64,000 nt of DNA from an uncultured delta proteobacterium (lineage in GTDB: Bacteria; Desulfobacterota; BSN033; UBA1163), in contig CAVPSJ010000014.1 of the NCBI GenBank assembly GCA_963708295.1, positions 1 to 64,000 of the forward strand, written 5' to 3'. Shown piece after piece: positions 48,464-58,474 of the stretch. The notes beneath the pieces were generated by a model. It saw only the letters and a program-made list of their open reading frames with translations, ran no database searches and had not been told where the DNA came from. Position numbers and translations under genes: made by a program. Numbering within the stretch: the stretch's first letter is position 1; each line of letters begins with the position of its first letter.

Positions 48464-50465
48464 ATGTCATTCTTACGATCGAAAGTTAAAGTGCTCCTCT
48501 TAGGGATAGTCCTTTTACTCTGTGGAGTTCTGCTGTATGCCTGTGCCGAAGCGCCGCGGCAAAGGACCCTGGGAGGGGCTGCAGGTACGGGGAAGCGATT
48601 TGCACAGAAAGATTGCCTCGATTGTCACAAGAAGTTTGCGGACAAATATCTTGGGATGAAATATGTCCATGGGATGGTTAAAGAGAAAAAATGTGAAGAT
48701 TGCCATTTGCGTCATGGTCTTGTTCCAAAATTGATTCTGAAAAAAGAAGGTAACGAAATTTGCTATCCCTGCCACAGCCGGGAAAAGATAGGGCTAAACA
48801 AACCGAATGTTCATACGGCCCTGAAGAGAGGGAAATGCATTCAATGCCATAATCCCCATGCCTCCCAGTTCAGTCACCTGTTAAAAGCAGAAGGGAATGA
48901 AGCCTGCTATCAATGTCATAAAAAGGAGAATTACGAGAAGAAAGTCGTCCATAAAGTAGGGGCAAAAGGTTGTACGACGTGCCACTCTTCCCATAGTTCT
49001 GACCAGAAAGACCTTTTGGTGAAAGCGGAGACTCCTCTCTGCCTCAGCTGCCATGACAGCGGCAAGGAACCTTTTAAGAAGGCCCACGGGAATTATCCGG
49101 TGAATCAAGCCTTATGCTCAGGTTGCCATAATCCTCACTCTTCATCTCAAGTAAAGCTTCTGAAAACGAGCGCCCATAGTCCTGTGGCTTCAAAAGAATG
49201 CGATGCATGCCATAAGCCCCCGTCAGACCCAAAGCCTTTTGCGACCACGGAGGCAGGGAGCAAGCTCTGCTATAATTGTCATGACGCCTCAAAATTGAAA
49301 GCCGGTGGAAGTGTAGAACATGGTCCTTTTAAAGAAGGAGAATGTCTTACTTGTCATACCGCCCATACTTCGGAATACCCGCAGCTTCTTGCTAAGAGAG
49401 GGAATCTTCTCTGTTTTGATTGTCATAAGGAAAAAAGTGAGAAGCGTGGCCGTCAATCATGCTCCTGTCACCAGTGAAAAGGGATGCCTTTCCTGCCATC
49501 CGCCTCACGCCGCCAAATACAAGAATCTTCTAAACACAAAAGACGCAGCTCTATGTTTTTCATGCCATACGAAGACAAGGGACGCGCCGAAGTCTAAAGT
49601 ATCTCATGCTCCCTTTTGTCGAAGGGGAATGTAATTCATGCCATAATCCTCATGGTTCGAATATCAAAAATATTATTAAGGACAGGATGGACAGGGTTTG
49701 TTATACGTGCCATTCCGATGCCGAAGCAAAGTTTTTGAAGACCTATACCCATAAACCCGTCGTGGATGCGAACTGTGATGCCTGCCATCAGTCCCACGGA
49801 TCGAATGAGAAGAATCTCCTGAAATTTAGCGGTTCCAAGATGTGCGCTCAGTGTCATGGCGATCTCATGAAAGCGGAGACGAGCGGCACGAACCATAACC
49901 CTTTTGCAGAAGGGGAATGTCTCACATGCCATGATGCCCATGGGAGCAATATTAAAGGGATGACCGTGAATAAAGAAGGTGCTCTCTGTTTCTCTTGCCA
50001 CGGAGATGTGAGCAAAGGGCTAAAAGCTGCAAAGAGCCAGCACAAGCCCCTGTTAACGGATGAATGTACGAAGTGCCACAGCCCTCACAAGACAAAATTA
50101 GACAAACTTCTTTTGGCAAAGAGTCCTGATCTTTGTCTGACCTGTCATAAAGACCTGAAGACCAAGATGGAAAAGGAAAAGGCGCATCAACCGGCTGCTC
50201 GGGATTGCGAGAGATGCCATAAGCCCCATTTTTCAGCGGAGTCGCCTCCTGATGAATCAGGCCATTCAGCCCTTATGCGGGGAATGCCACGATTTTAAGA
50301 AGCCAGCCTTTGGCAAGGCTCACCTCGATATCGAGGCGGCGTGTCATGGATTGCAGAACTTGCCATGATCCCCATGCTTCAAAAGACCCGAAGTTCTTCA
50401 AGACTGTTATTCATCCTCCGTTTGCGGGAAGGTCGTGTGAGGACTGCCACGTCGTCAGTAAGTAA
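48464..50465 (+). CDS. 26-heme c-type cytochrome lipoprotein (GSu_C4xC__C2xCH repeat type), about four frameshifts
   Basis: Lipobox LYAC; CxxCH counted across joined frames 12+2+9+1+2=26; ends SCEDCHVVSK* at 50465. Confidence 0.8.
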
Positions 50466-50563
50466 AGATGCAAAGCGCATAGAGCATGAGGGCACGGGGC
50501 ATAGGGAAAGAGAGAAAAGATATTACGGACTGACGGATTGAAAGAGTTATGAAAGGGTATCCA

Positions 50564-51901
50564 ATGAAATTGCGATTGAAATGGTTCTTCTTATTCACAG
50601 GTTTGATTTTGATTCTGGTTTTTTCGGCGGCTTATGGGCAGCAGAATAAATTCAAGCTGAAACCTGGCGCCCAGGGGAAACTCTGTCTGGAATGTCATGA
50701 TGCCTTCAAGGAAAAGCTCAAGAATCCATTTGTCCATACCCCCGTGAAGACGGGAGAATGCACGGAATGTCATAATCCGCATTCTTCCTCTCATGGAAAG
50801 TTGCTGGACGAAGATCCAAACAAAATCTGCAATAAGTGCCATGAAGGGATTGTGCCCAAGGATCCAAAGAGCATTCATAAAGTTGTGATGGAAGGCAATT
50901 GCGTAAAATGCCATGACCCCCATGCCTCAAAAAACAAATTCGTCCTTCTGAAAGCGGGAAACGAACTCTGTTTTGATTGTCACAAAAATATCGGCAATGC
51001 CGTCACCAAAGCAAAGTTCAAGCACAGTCCTGTGGAGAAAGGATGCGTCGGTTGCCACGAGCCGCATGCTTCGACCAAAGGAAAACATCTTCTGAAAAAT
51101 GATCTGGTGGCTCTCTGTGTGAGCTGTCACAAGACGGACCAGGCTTCCTTTTCAAAGCAGCATATGAATTATCCCGTGGCGAAGTCAGACTGTTCGTCTT
51201 GTCATGACGCCCATGGCTCGAATAAGGCAGGAATATTATTCGATAATGTGCATGCATCCGGTTGCGAATAAAATGTGCAACCAGTGCCATGAAGCCTCCA
51301 CTTCTCCCGATGCGCTCAAGACCAAGAAGGCCGGGTTTGATCTGTGTCGTGGTTGTCACAGCAGCATGATGAATGAGGCATTTAATAAGAACCGGATCCA
51401 CTGGCCTCTGGTGGATAAGGTGGGTTGTTTGAACTGCCATGAGCCCCATGCCTCGCAACAGAAAAAGCTTCTGATGGGGGACATGAAAACCTTGTGTGGA
51501 AAGTGTCATATGGACACCATGGAGTCACAGGAAAAGCTTGTCAAAAAAGAGAAGCAGGAAAATGCTGCTGTCGGAAAGGTGGCCGCGATCAAGGGTGCCA
51601 TCACGCACAATCCCATACAAGAAGGAAATTGCGACGCCTGCCATTCGTCTCATGCGCTCTGATAGTGTTTTCCTTTTGAAGCGGCCCTTCCATTATTGAA
51701 AGTCTGCGGAACCTGCCACGATTGGACGAAACATACGAGCCACCCCATGGGGGAGAAGATCATTGACTCGCGAAATAAGAACATTACCATGCAGTGCCTG
51801 AGTTGTCATCAGGTCTCACGGAACCGGATATCGGATATCTGATGCCTTTCCCGACGGTCACGGATCTTTGCGTCCAGTGCCACAAACAATACAAGAGGTG
51901 A
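50564..51901 (+). CDS. 16-heme c-type cytochrome, frameshifted
   Basis: Signal peptide; CxxCH counted across frames 8+5+3=16; ends LCVQCHKQYKR* at 51901. Confidence 0.8.
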
Positions 51902-51920
51902 TCAGCAAGAAACTGCGATA

Positions 51921-52056
51921 ATTGGAGTGTTGGAGTAGTGGAGTATTGGAAGAAAAAATGAATAGTGGGTGGTGGAAATATTGGGAGAGGATCAAAGATA
52001 GAAAGCTTTCGGTGGTTTTCGTTTCATCCAGCACTCCAATACTCCATTACTCCGAA
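51921..52056. repeat. Inverted octamer-array palindrome (TGGAGTAN / NTACTCCA)
   Basis: ttggagtg ttggagta gtggagta ttgg ... ccagcactccaatactccattactcc. Confidence 0.7.
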
Positions 52057-52102
52057 TGCCCCTTGTTACTCGGGTGAGTCTGGTCTTGAAAGAGGTGAAT
52101 CA

Positions 52103-53016
52103 ATGGTAGGAACTTCGATTAAAATCATAATGATTATTGGCATTCTGCTTTTGCCGATGAAGTCTTTTAGCGCTGAAACGGTGAAGTTTAGGTACCTTCA
52201 ATCTGTCTATTTCGATGAGAAAGGGTGGAGGCATGAAGCAACCGGAAGGAGTTGCCTGCGGCGAAAAGGATCTCTCTGATCGTTGGCGATACCGGAAAAC
52301 GATCGTCTTCTCCGGTATACCTTCCAGGAAAAGAAGTTTAAAGGCTGGAACCGAGATTAAAATCCCGCAGCTATCCAATCCGATCCGACTTCAAATCAAT
52401 TCCAAGGGAGAAATTTTTGCTCTGGATGGTAAGAAACGGCGCATCATCCGGCTGAATCCTGACGGAACGTTCAAAGGCTATGTGGATGCAGAGGGTATCC
52501 CTTCCCCTTCAACCTTCGTTCCGAGGAGCTTTAAGATAGACAGGAATAATAATATCTACATCCTCGATATATTTTCAGGCCGTGTGCTGGTCCTCAACTC
52601 CGGAAGGCAAATACCAAAAACAGATTCCATTCCCGAAAGATTATGGATTTTTCTCCGACCTATCCGTCGATTCGAAAGGTACGCTGTTCTTAATCGACTG
52701 TGTCAAGGCCATGGTTTTTTCGGCCGCTAAGGATTCAAACAGCTTTTCTCCGTTAACAAAGAATCTGAGAGAATATCTAGATTTTCCAACCAGCATCACA
52801 ACGGATAACCGGGGGACCATTTTTATCGTCGACCAAAATGGGAGCGGCATCGTTATTCTCGGACAGGATGGGTCTTTTCAGGGGCGGCAGTTGAACATGG
52901 GATGGAATGAGGGTCTTCTATACTATCCTTCTCAGATGTGTATCAACGAAAAGGGAGAGGTTTTCATCGCCGACCGGGGCAATAGCCGGGTTCAGATATT
53001 TACGCTCGTTAAATAG
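52103..53016 (+). CDS. Secreted NHL-repeat beta-propeller protein, frameshifted
   Basis: Signal; MKQPEGVAC, IYILDIFSGRV, YYPSQMCINEKGEVFIADRGNSRVQIF. Confidence 0.78.
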
Positions 53017-53077
53017 AAACCTTCGGGTATTATTATTGAGAGCAGGGAATAGTTTGCATTTGGGATTACAAGAAGCT

Positions 53078-53170
53078 GTCATTGCGAGCCCGCCCCGTTC
53101 CGGGATTCTTCGGAAGAGGCCGTGGCAATCTCGCTCTGAGATTGCTTCCTCGCTACACTCCTCGCATGAC
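53078..53170. repeat. REP-like palindrome (GTCATTGCGAG type)
   Basis: GTCATTGCGAG...GTGGCAATCTC gctct GAGATTGCTTC...CTCGCATGAC. Confidence 0.7.
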
Positions 53171-53220
53171 CTACTAGAACCGCGATACAAATTATAATAT
53201 TTTCTGTTTAATAAATGAAA

Positions 53221-53267
53221 ATAAAAAGAGGGCCAGCGGGTAATCTGCCAGCCCTCTTTGTTTTTTT
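53221..53267. terminator. Bidirectional terminator between the convergent osc operon and second omcS-like gene
   Basis: AAAAAGAGGGC...GCCCTCTTTGTTTTTTT. Confidence 0.7.
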
Positions 53268-53301
53268 GCCGAACGGCTTGAATTCTATCCCCCCGACAAG
53301 G

Positions 53302-54543
53302 TCAGTCCATCGCATGGCATTTGTTACAGAGCGACCTCTGGAAGGCTGCAAAGACAGTAGGCGGCCGGTCGTAATAGGCCCCCTGTGTCTCTATAGCCGT
53401 ACGGCCCATCTCGGCAGGATACACGCCGTTGCTAACGATGAACGATGCCTCATTATTCCACCTCAAGGCATGCGCCCAACCGGATGCGTGCGACCTGTGG
53501 CACGAGTGACACGTTACCTCATCGCTCGTGGAGGGGCCACCAAGGACGCTATTGTCGTTTCTCGCATGACTTGCAAGGGTCGTAATAACACTCGTGGCTT
53601 CCTGGAACGGGACGAGTGAGGTGTAGGGACCAGGCGTTGTGCCACCAAAGGTCCCAGACATATCGCCCGATTTCACGTAATTATTATAAATAGTTGCATA
53701 CGTAGAGTTTAAAGCGGTGTCGACCGGGTGGGAAGGATGGCCTTTAAGTCCTGTCATGTTGGCTATGGCCGCATGGCAAGTTCCGCACCATTTCCCCCAA
53801 CCATTAGCGCTACCGCCGCCGCCATAAGCAATTCGAACCATATTCGTCGCTTCGGTCTGGTTGTAAGTAGACGGAGAAACTGCGATCGGCCATGAGGTAT
53901 AAGTCGCACCTGGAGCCCCGGCATAACCTGGCCAGGCCAGAATCCTGTAGAGACCGACCGCCTGACCAGCTGCTGGAACAATGCCTGTGGAGCCGGATGC
54001 TATAATCGGGGTGCCGGTACTCGCATATGAGCCGTCGCTGAGTCTCCTGCCCTTTCCGTGAGGGTCATGGCAACTGGCACAGCCAAGGTTGCTTGACAGG
54101 AAACTGCCACCCGGAGATGTGGGATGCACAGGATCAACAGTCGTATAGTTGTTGTCCGCAGCGATAATGCTGTGACCGTGGACAGATCCGTCTTCGAAAT
54201 CGGCCCCCTGCGCCGTCAGGGCATAGTTTTTCTTTAACCAGGCAAAATCTCCGGCCGGACCTCTCTGTAAGGGAGCGGTTCCAACGGTCAAATTGGCGTC
54301 TGCAGTGCTCACGTGGTACGAAGTCGGACCCGTATCCCCTGCGTGCTCATGGCAGGCCAAACATGTTGAACTGGCTTCTGAGGAAATTAAGAGATGGGAA
54401 CCCGACATTGGGCTATGCATGCTATGACACCCGGCACACTCCGCAGCGCCGCCCGAATGGAAGATCTGTTGCGCTAATCCGTTGACACTCGTGATTAATA
54501 GAAATGCAACAACGATCCCCAGACTTAACTTTGGTGCTTTCAT
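53302..54543 (-). CDS. Second OmcS-like hexaheme cytochrome
   Basis: MKAPKLSL signal, QQIFHSGGAAECAGCHSMH, six CxxCH; closely similar to 38632..39873 along its length. Confidence 0.9.
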   Translation of the reverse strand: MKAPKLSLGIVVAFLLITSVNGLAQQIFHSGGAAECAGCHSMHSPMSGSHLLISSEASSTCLACHEHAGDTGPTSYHVSTADANLTVGTAPLQRGPAGDFAWLKKNYALTAQGADFEDGSVHGHSIIAADNNYTTVDPVHPTSPGGSFLSSNLGCASCHDPHGKGRRLSDGSYASTGTPIIASGSTGIVPAAGQAVGLYRILAWPGYAGAPGATYTSWPIAVSPSTYNQTEATNMVRIAYGGGGSANGWGKWCGTCHAAIANMTGLKGHPSHPVDTALNSTYATIYNNYVKSGDMSGTFGGTTPGPYTSLVPFQEATSVITTLASHARNDNSVLGGPSTSDEVTCHSCHRSHASGWAHALRWNNEASFIVSNGVYPAEMGRTAIETQGAYYDRPPTVFAAFQRSLCNKCHAMD

Positions 54544-54636
54544 TTTTCCCTCCTTCTTTCTTACTCTTATTCCGTAGTCCCGGCCCTTCATCAAACCCTT
54601 TTTCCCCTATTTTTCTTTATCGTTTGGCCTGCCAAC

Positions 54637-54825
54637 TGTGTAAAAATCCTCAGCAGATGAGAATTTTCCCCCTGGCATATGCTGAATTTCTCATAAACAT
54701 TCCATCCCCCTGAAATCGGTCTTTTCTCTTTCTTCCTGTAATTTTTTGATTTTTAAAGATAATTTGGAATATCAGGAATAATTTTACTAAAGAAGAAATG
54801 GCAAGGGGTATGGAACAGAAATTGC
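54637..54825 (+). promoter_or_regulatory. Sigma-54 promoter with tandem activator sites, divergent from second omcS-like gene
   Basis: TGGAACAGAAATTGC at 54811-54825; sites TGTGTAAAAATCCTCA 54637-54652 and TGAGAATTTTCCCCCT 54658-54673. Confidence 0.6.
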
Positions 54826-54865
54826 TTCCACATATGAAAATAAAAAGCCGCCTTAACCCCAGGGT

Positions 54866-54974
54866 GGTCGCGAGAAACGTGGCTCGTAGGCTGGTTTCTC
54901 CCCCAGAGCTAAGACGGCAAGAAGTATAAGGATATACGTCTAGGTAAACGGAAGACACGTTCTACCTCGCGACC
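54866..54974. mobile_element. Small MITE-like element
   Basis: GGTCGCGAGAAACGTG ... CACGTTCTACCTCGCGACC inverted ends. Confidence 0.45.
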
Positions 54975-55214
54975 TTCTCTATCTAAGTCACACCTTAAGA
55001 AGAATGTCAAGAATTTTCTTCGAGCGGGGGGCCGCCACGAAGCGAACACCTTCTTATACTTGATTGCCCTTATTCTACCAAAAACCTCTCATTTTGAATC
55101 CTCTTAAATTGTTGCCACGAAATCTATCTAATTATCTTTTTTTGATTTTTGACCCTTTCCGTGGTAAAAATTGAATATAGGTTTATTGACTACAAACAAT
55201 AGGAGGAAGGTCCG

Positions 55215-55451
55215 ATGAAGTGTTACGTTTGTGCGAAATTGGGAGTGGATAAGGATGCCGTAGCGATTTGTATCGTCTGCGGGATGGGGCTCTGCACGGG
55301 GCATGCCTTTAAGGAAGAACTCCTGGTCAGGGATATCATTGATTGGGGGTTCGGGGAGGAGAAGATCACCTATCCTCATACGCTGCCTCGGTTCATCTGC
55401 GCAGAATGCAAGCTGGCCATCGAACAGAGGACAAAGCCGGAAAGAAGATGA
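55215..55451 (+). CDS. DUF2180-like zinc-binding protein
   Basis: MKCYVC...AVAICIVCGMGLCTGH...ICAEC; AGGAGG RBS. Confidence 0.75.
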   Translation: MKCYVCAKLGVDKDAVAICIVCGMGLCTGHAFKEELLVRDIIDWGFGEEKITYPHTLPRFICAECKLAIEQRTKPERR

Positions 55452-55586
55452 TAAAGGTCGAAGTTTGGAGTCAAGAATTGAGGGAATTAGAAATGACAAG
55501 TCTCCGCTGGAACGAGGTCCCTGCTTCTCGATCGAGAAATTGAAAAAAAGGTTGTGTTTTCACAGGAGATTATCAATAATAATCCT

Positions 55587-55964
55587 ATGAAGAAGACGAT
55601 TTTGGTTGTTGAAGATGAAGAGAGCCTCAGGCTTTTCTACGAAGAAGAACTGAAGGGGGAGGGGTACGACATCCTGACCGCCAAAAACGGCAGAGAAGCC
55701 ATTCGACAATTGGAGACGGGGAAGCCCGATTTGATCATTCTCGATATTGTAATGCCTGTGATGGATGGGATGGAGACATTGGGCCGGATTGTCAGCAAAG
55801 AAAGGAAGATCCCCGTCATCCTCAACACCTCCTATTCGGGGTATCGGCAGGATTTTATGAGTTGGGCCGCTGATGCCTATGTCGCAAAGTCTCACGACCT
55901 CACCGAATTGAAAAAGAAGATCCGAGAACTTTTAGAGGTTTCTGAAAAGTCCAGAAATCTCTGA
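55587..55964 (+). CDS. Single-domain response regulator
   Basis: ILVVEDEE...PDLIILDIVMPVMDG...AADAYVAKS. Confidence 0.9.
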   Translation: MKKTILVVEDEESLRLFYEEELKGEGYDILTAKNGREAIRQLETGKPDLIILDIVMPVMDGMETLGRIVSKERKIPVILNTSYSGYRQDFMSWAADAYVAKSHDLTELKKKIRELLEVSEKSRNL

Positions 55965-56056
55965 TTACACGGATTATGAAACGATTACACCGATTGGGAA
56001 TCCGTTGGAAATAAGGGAAAATCTGTGGAATCATTCTTTAGAATCTCTGTAATCAA
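55962..56056. repeat. Inverted repeat with GATTACAC-type arms
   Basis: tgattacacggatt...gattacaccgatt / aatctgtggaatc...aatctctgtaatca. Confidence 0.55.
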
Positions 56057-56107
56057 GAGAGCGAAAAGCGGTGTTTCAGAGCTCTCTTTAGAGAAGGGTA
56101 AAGGCCG

Positions 56108-57313
56108 GTGAAGAAAGTCTTGGCCATGGTTTTAGCAGGCGGCCGGGGAGAAAGACTCTATCCGCTCACTCGGGATCGGGCCAAACCTGCTGTTCCTTTC
56201 GGCGCCATTTATCGGATTATTGACTTCACGCTTTCCAACTGCATTAATTCCGGCGTACGTCGCATCTATGCCCTCACCCAATATAAATCGACCTCTCTCA
56301 ATCGCCACATCCAATTAAGCTGGGACATCCTCTCGGCTCCTCTGGGAGAGTTCGTTGAAGCGATTCCCGCGCAACAGAGAATTGATGAGCATTGGTACCA
56401 GGGAACCGCCGATGCGATTTTTCAAAACATCAACATCTTACAGGAGGAGAGACCCGACCTTGTACTCATCCTCTCCGGTGATCACATTTACAAGATGGAC
56501 TATCGAAAGATGATCGCCTTCCACCTGGAGAAGGAAGCAGATCTGACGGTTGCGGCCATCCGGATGGACCGAAAGCTTTCCAGAGAATTTGGTGTCATGG
56601 AAATAGATGAGAATTGGCGAATCGTTGGCTTTCAGGAGAAACCCGAAGAGCCCAAAGCGATTCCCGGAGACCCGGGAGGGATTCTGGCCTCCATGGGAAT
56701 TTATATTTTCAATACCGAAGTATTGGTCCGGCGATTGATTGAGGATACTCGGTCGGACTCAAGCCACGATTTTGGCAAGGATATCATTCCCATGATGATT
56801 GGAAGAGATCGCGTCTTCTCTTTTGATTTCAGACGAGGAGATTGCGGAGGGAAGGGATATTGGAGAGATGTGGGGACGATCGATGCCTTTTACGAAGCGA
56901 ATATGGATTTGATCTCCATCACGCCCGAGCTCAATCTTTATGATGCTCAGTGGCCCATCCTGACCTACCAACCGCCTTCCCCCCCCGCAAAAACCGTGTG
57001 GATCGAGGAGGGAAGGGTCGGCATGGCTCTCAACTCGATCATCTCAAATGGCTGCATTATCAGTGGCGGAAATGTCAGGCGATCGATCCTCTCGCCCAGA
57101 GTAACGATTCATAGCTTTGCTGAGATTGAAGATTCCATCCTCCTGGAAGGGGTGGATGTTGGAAGGAATGCCAAGATCAAGAGGACGATCATCGATAAGG
57201 GGGTTGAAATTCCTCCATCGATGGAGATCGGGTACCATCTGGAGGAAGATGCAAAACGATTCACGGTGACTCCTTCAGGGATTGTGGTCGTTCCAAAAGG
57301 GATTCGGCTTTAG
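56108..57313 (+). CDS. glgC: Glucose-1-phosphate adenylyltransferase
   Basis: VLAGGRGERLYPLTRDRAKPAVPFG, WYQGTADA, LSGDHIYKMDY, FQEKP, YWRDVGT. Confidence 0.97.
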   Translation: MKKVLAMVLAGGRGERLYPLTRDRAKPAVPFGAIYRIIDFTLSNCINSGVRRIYALTQYKSTSLNRHIQLSWDILSAPLGEFVEAIPAQQRIDEHWYQGTADAIFQNINILQEERPDLVLILSGDHIYKMDYRKMIAFHLEKEADLTVAAIRMDRKLSREFGVMEIDENWRIVGFQEKPEEPKAIPGDPGGILASMGIYIFNTEVLVRRLIEDTRSDSSHDFGKDIIPMMIGRDRVFSFDFRRGDCGGKGYWRDVGTIDAFYEANMDLISITPELNLYDAQWPILTYQPPSPPAKTVWIEEGRVGMALNSIISNGCIISGGNVRRSILSPRVTIHSFAEIEDSILLEGVDVGRNAKIKRTIIDKGVEIPPSMEIGYHLEEDAKRFTVTPSGIVVVPKGIRL

Positions 57314-57440
57314 CAAGCTGCTGAAAAACGCTCATCTGCGTCGTTGTCCTCATCCTTCGTCGTTGCGGCGTACAGCCCAGTACGCCTCACTTCTCAGGAT
57401 TTCAGGCGCCTTGCATCTAAGCATTTTTGAGCAGCCTGCT
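57312..57440. mobile_element. MITE with AGCAGGCTGCTGAAAAA-type ends overlapping the glgC stop
   Basis: AGCAAGCTGCTGAAAAA ... TTTTTGAGCAGCCTGCT (15/17 match). Confidence 0.65.
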
Positions 57441-57770
57441 GAGAACAGCTTTTTGAACAATTCAATACCAATCCTTGGCGTTCAGGGTCCGGCCGAGGGC
57501 AATGCCCGCAGATTGAGCGTTCGGCCCGAACTCAAACCGAAGGACATCCGACCGGCTTCGGGCCGGGGAGTCGATGTGTTGATTCGTTCAAATGTTCGAA
57601 CGGGTTGCTAGAGGAACGGCTCCCGCCTTTCGGCCGTTGCCCCATTATGGCGTATGGGTATACGAAATCAAATGATCTCTGGGGAGACAGTGAATGTTCT
57701 CCGGGCTGAACAGAAAATAAAATCTTCCTGGACGGATTCGGCTTCCTTCTCCACGGAGCCAAGAATTTGC

Positions 57771-57799
57771 TTGACAAAAAAACCGACATTTTGTATAAG
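57771..57799 (+). promoter_or_regulatory. Sigma-70 promoter of TRAP operon
   Basis: TTGACA-N17-TATAAG. Confidence 0.65.
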
Positions 57800-57985
57800 C
57801 CCTCTATACATAGTTAAACTTAGATAAGATCGAGCGCCGATTTGAGAACTTAGGCAGAGTTCCGGGGGCTTTTTATAAAACCTTACAAACATCAATCCAC
57901 TGAAATCCTGTCACTGAAAACTGTTCCGTGCATTCCCGTAATTCTATTGGCATATTTCGGTCAATTCCTTTAAATAATAAAAGGA

Positions 57986-58474
57986 GTGGGAATGGAAACA
58001 ATATTTCGCATTCTTCAGAGGGTGAGTAAAATCCTTAATTATATCGGCGGCGCAGCGCTCACTTTCATGATGTTTTTGACTGTGGCGGATGTGCTCTTGC
58101 GAGCCGCGGGCCACCCTATCCTGGGCACTTACGAATTGGTATCATTAACTCTGGCGATTGTCATCGGTTTCACGATTCCTAAGGTCTCCTTGGACCGCGG
58201 GCACGTGTATATGGAAATCCTGCTGGAAAAGCTTTCGAAGAGAGATAAGGCCATCATGAACACCTTTACGCGGATTCTGGGCATCGTTTTATTCGCGATC
58301 ATAGCGTATAACCTCATGTTAATCAGCAAAGAGTTCCATGCATCGGGTGAAGTCTCCTCCACACTCAAGTTGCCCTTCTTCCCCATTTCTTTCTTCGTCG
58401 GCGTCTGCTGCTTCATCGAGTGCTTCGTTTTCATGTTGGATATCGTAAAAATCTGGAGGGGTCAATATGAATGA
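57986..58474 (+). CDS. dctQ: TRAP transporter small permease
   Basis: VADVLLR...PILGTYEL...GHVYMEIL, four TMs. Confidence 0.88.
   Translation: MGMETIFRILQRVSKILNYIGGAALTFMMFLTVADVLLRAAGHPILGTYELVSLTLAIVIGFTIPKVSLDRGHVYMEILLEKLSKRDKAIMNTFTRILGIVLFAIIAYNLMLISKEFHASGEVSSTLKLPFFPISFFVGVCCFIECFVFMLDIVKIWRGQYE

Noticed and set aside
48464-51901. Programmed ribosomal frameshifting or phase variation in the multiheme genes
   Set aside because: Too many shifts at unrelated contexts without consistent slippery sites; sequence error is simpler
57460-57670. Structured GC-rich stretch as an ncRNA
   Set aside because: No recognisable family motif or coding signal; cannot be supported without a covariance search
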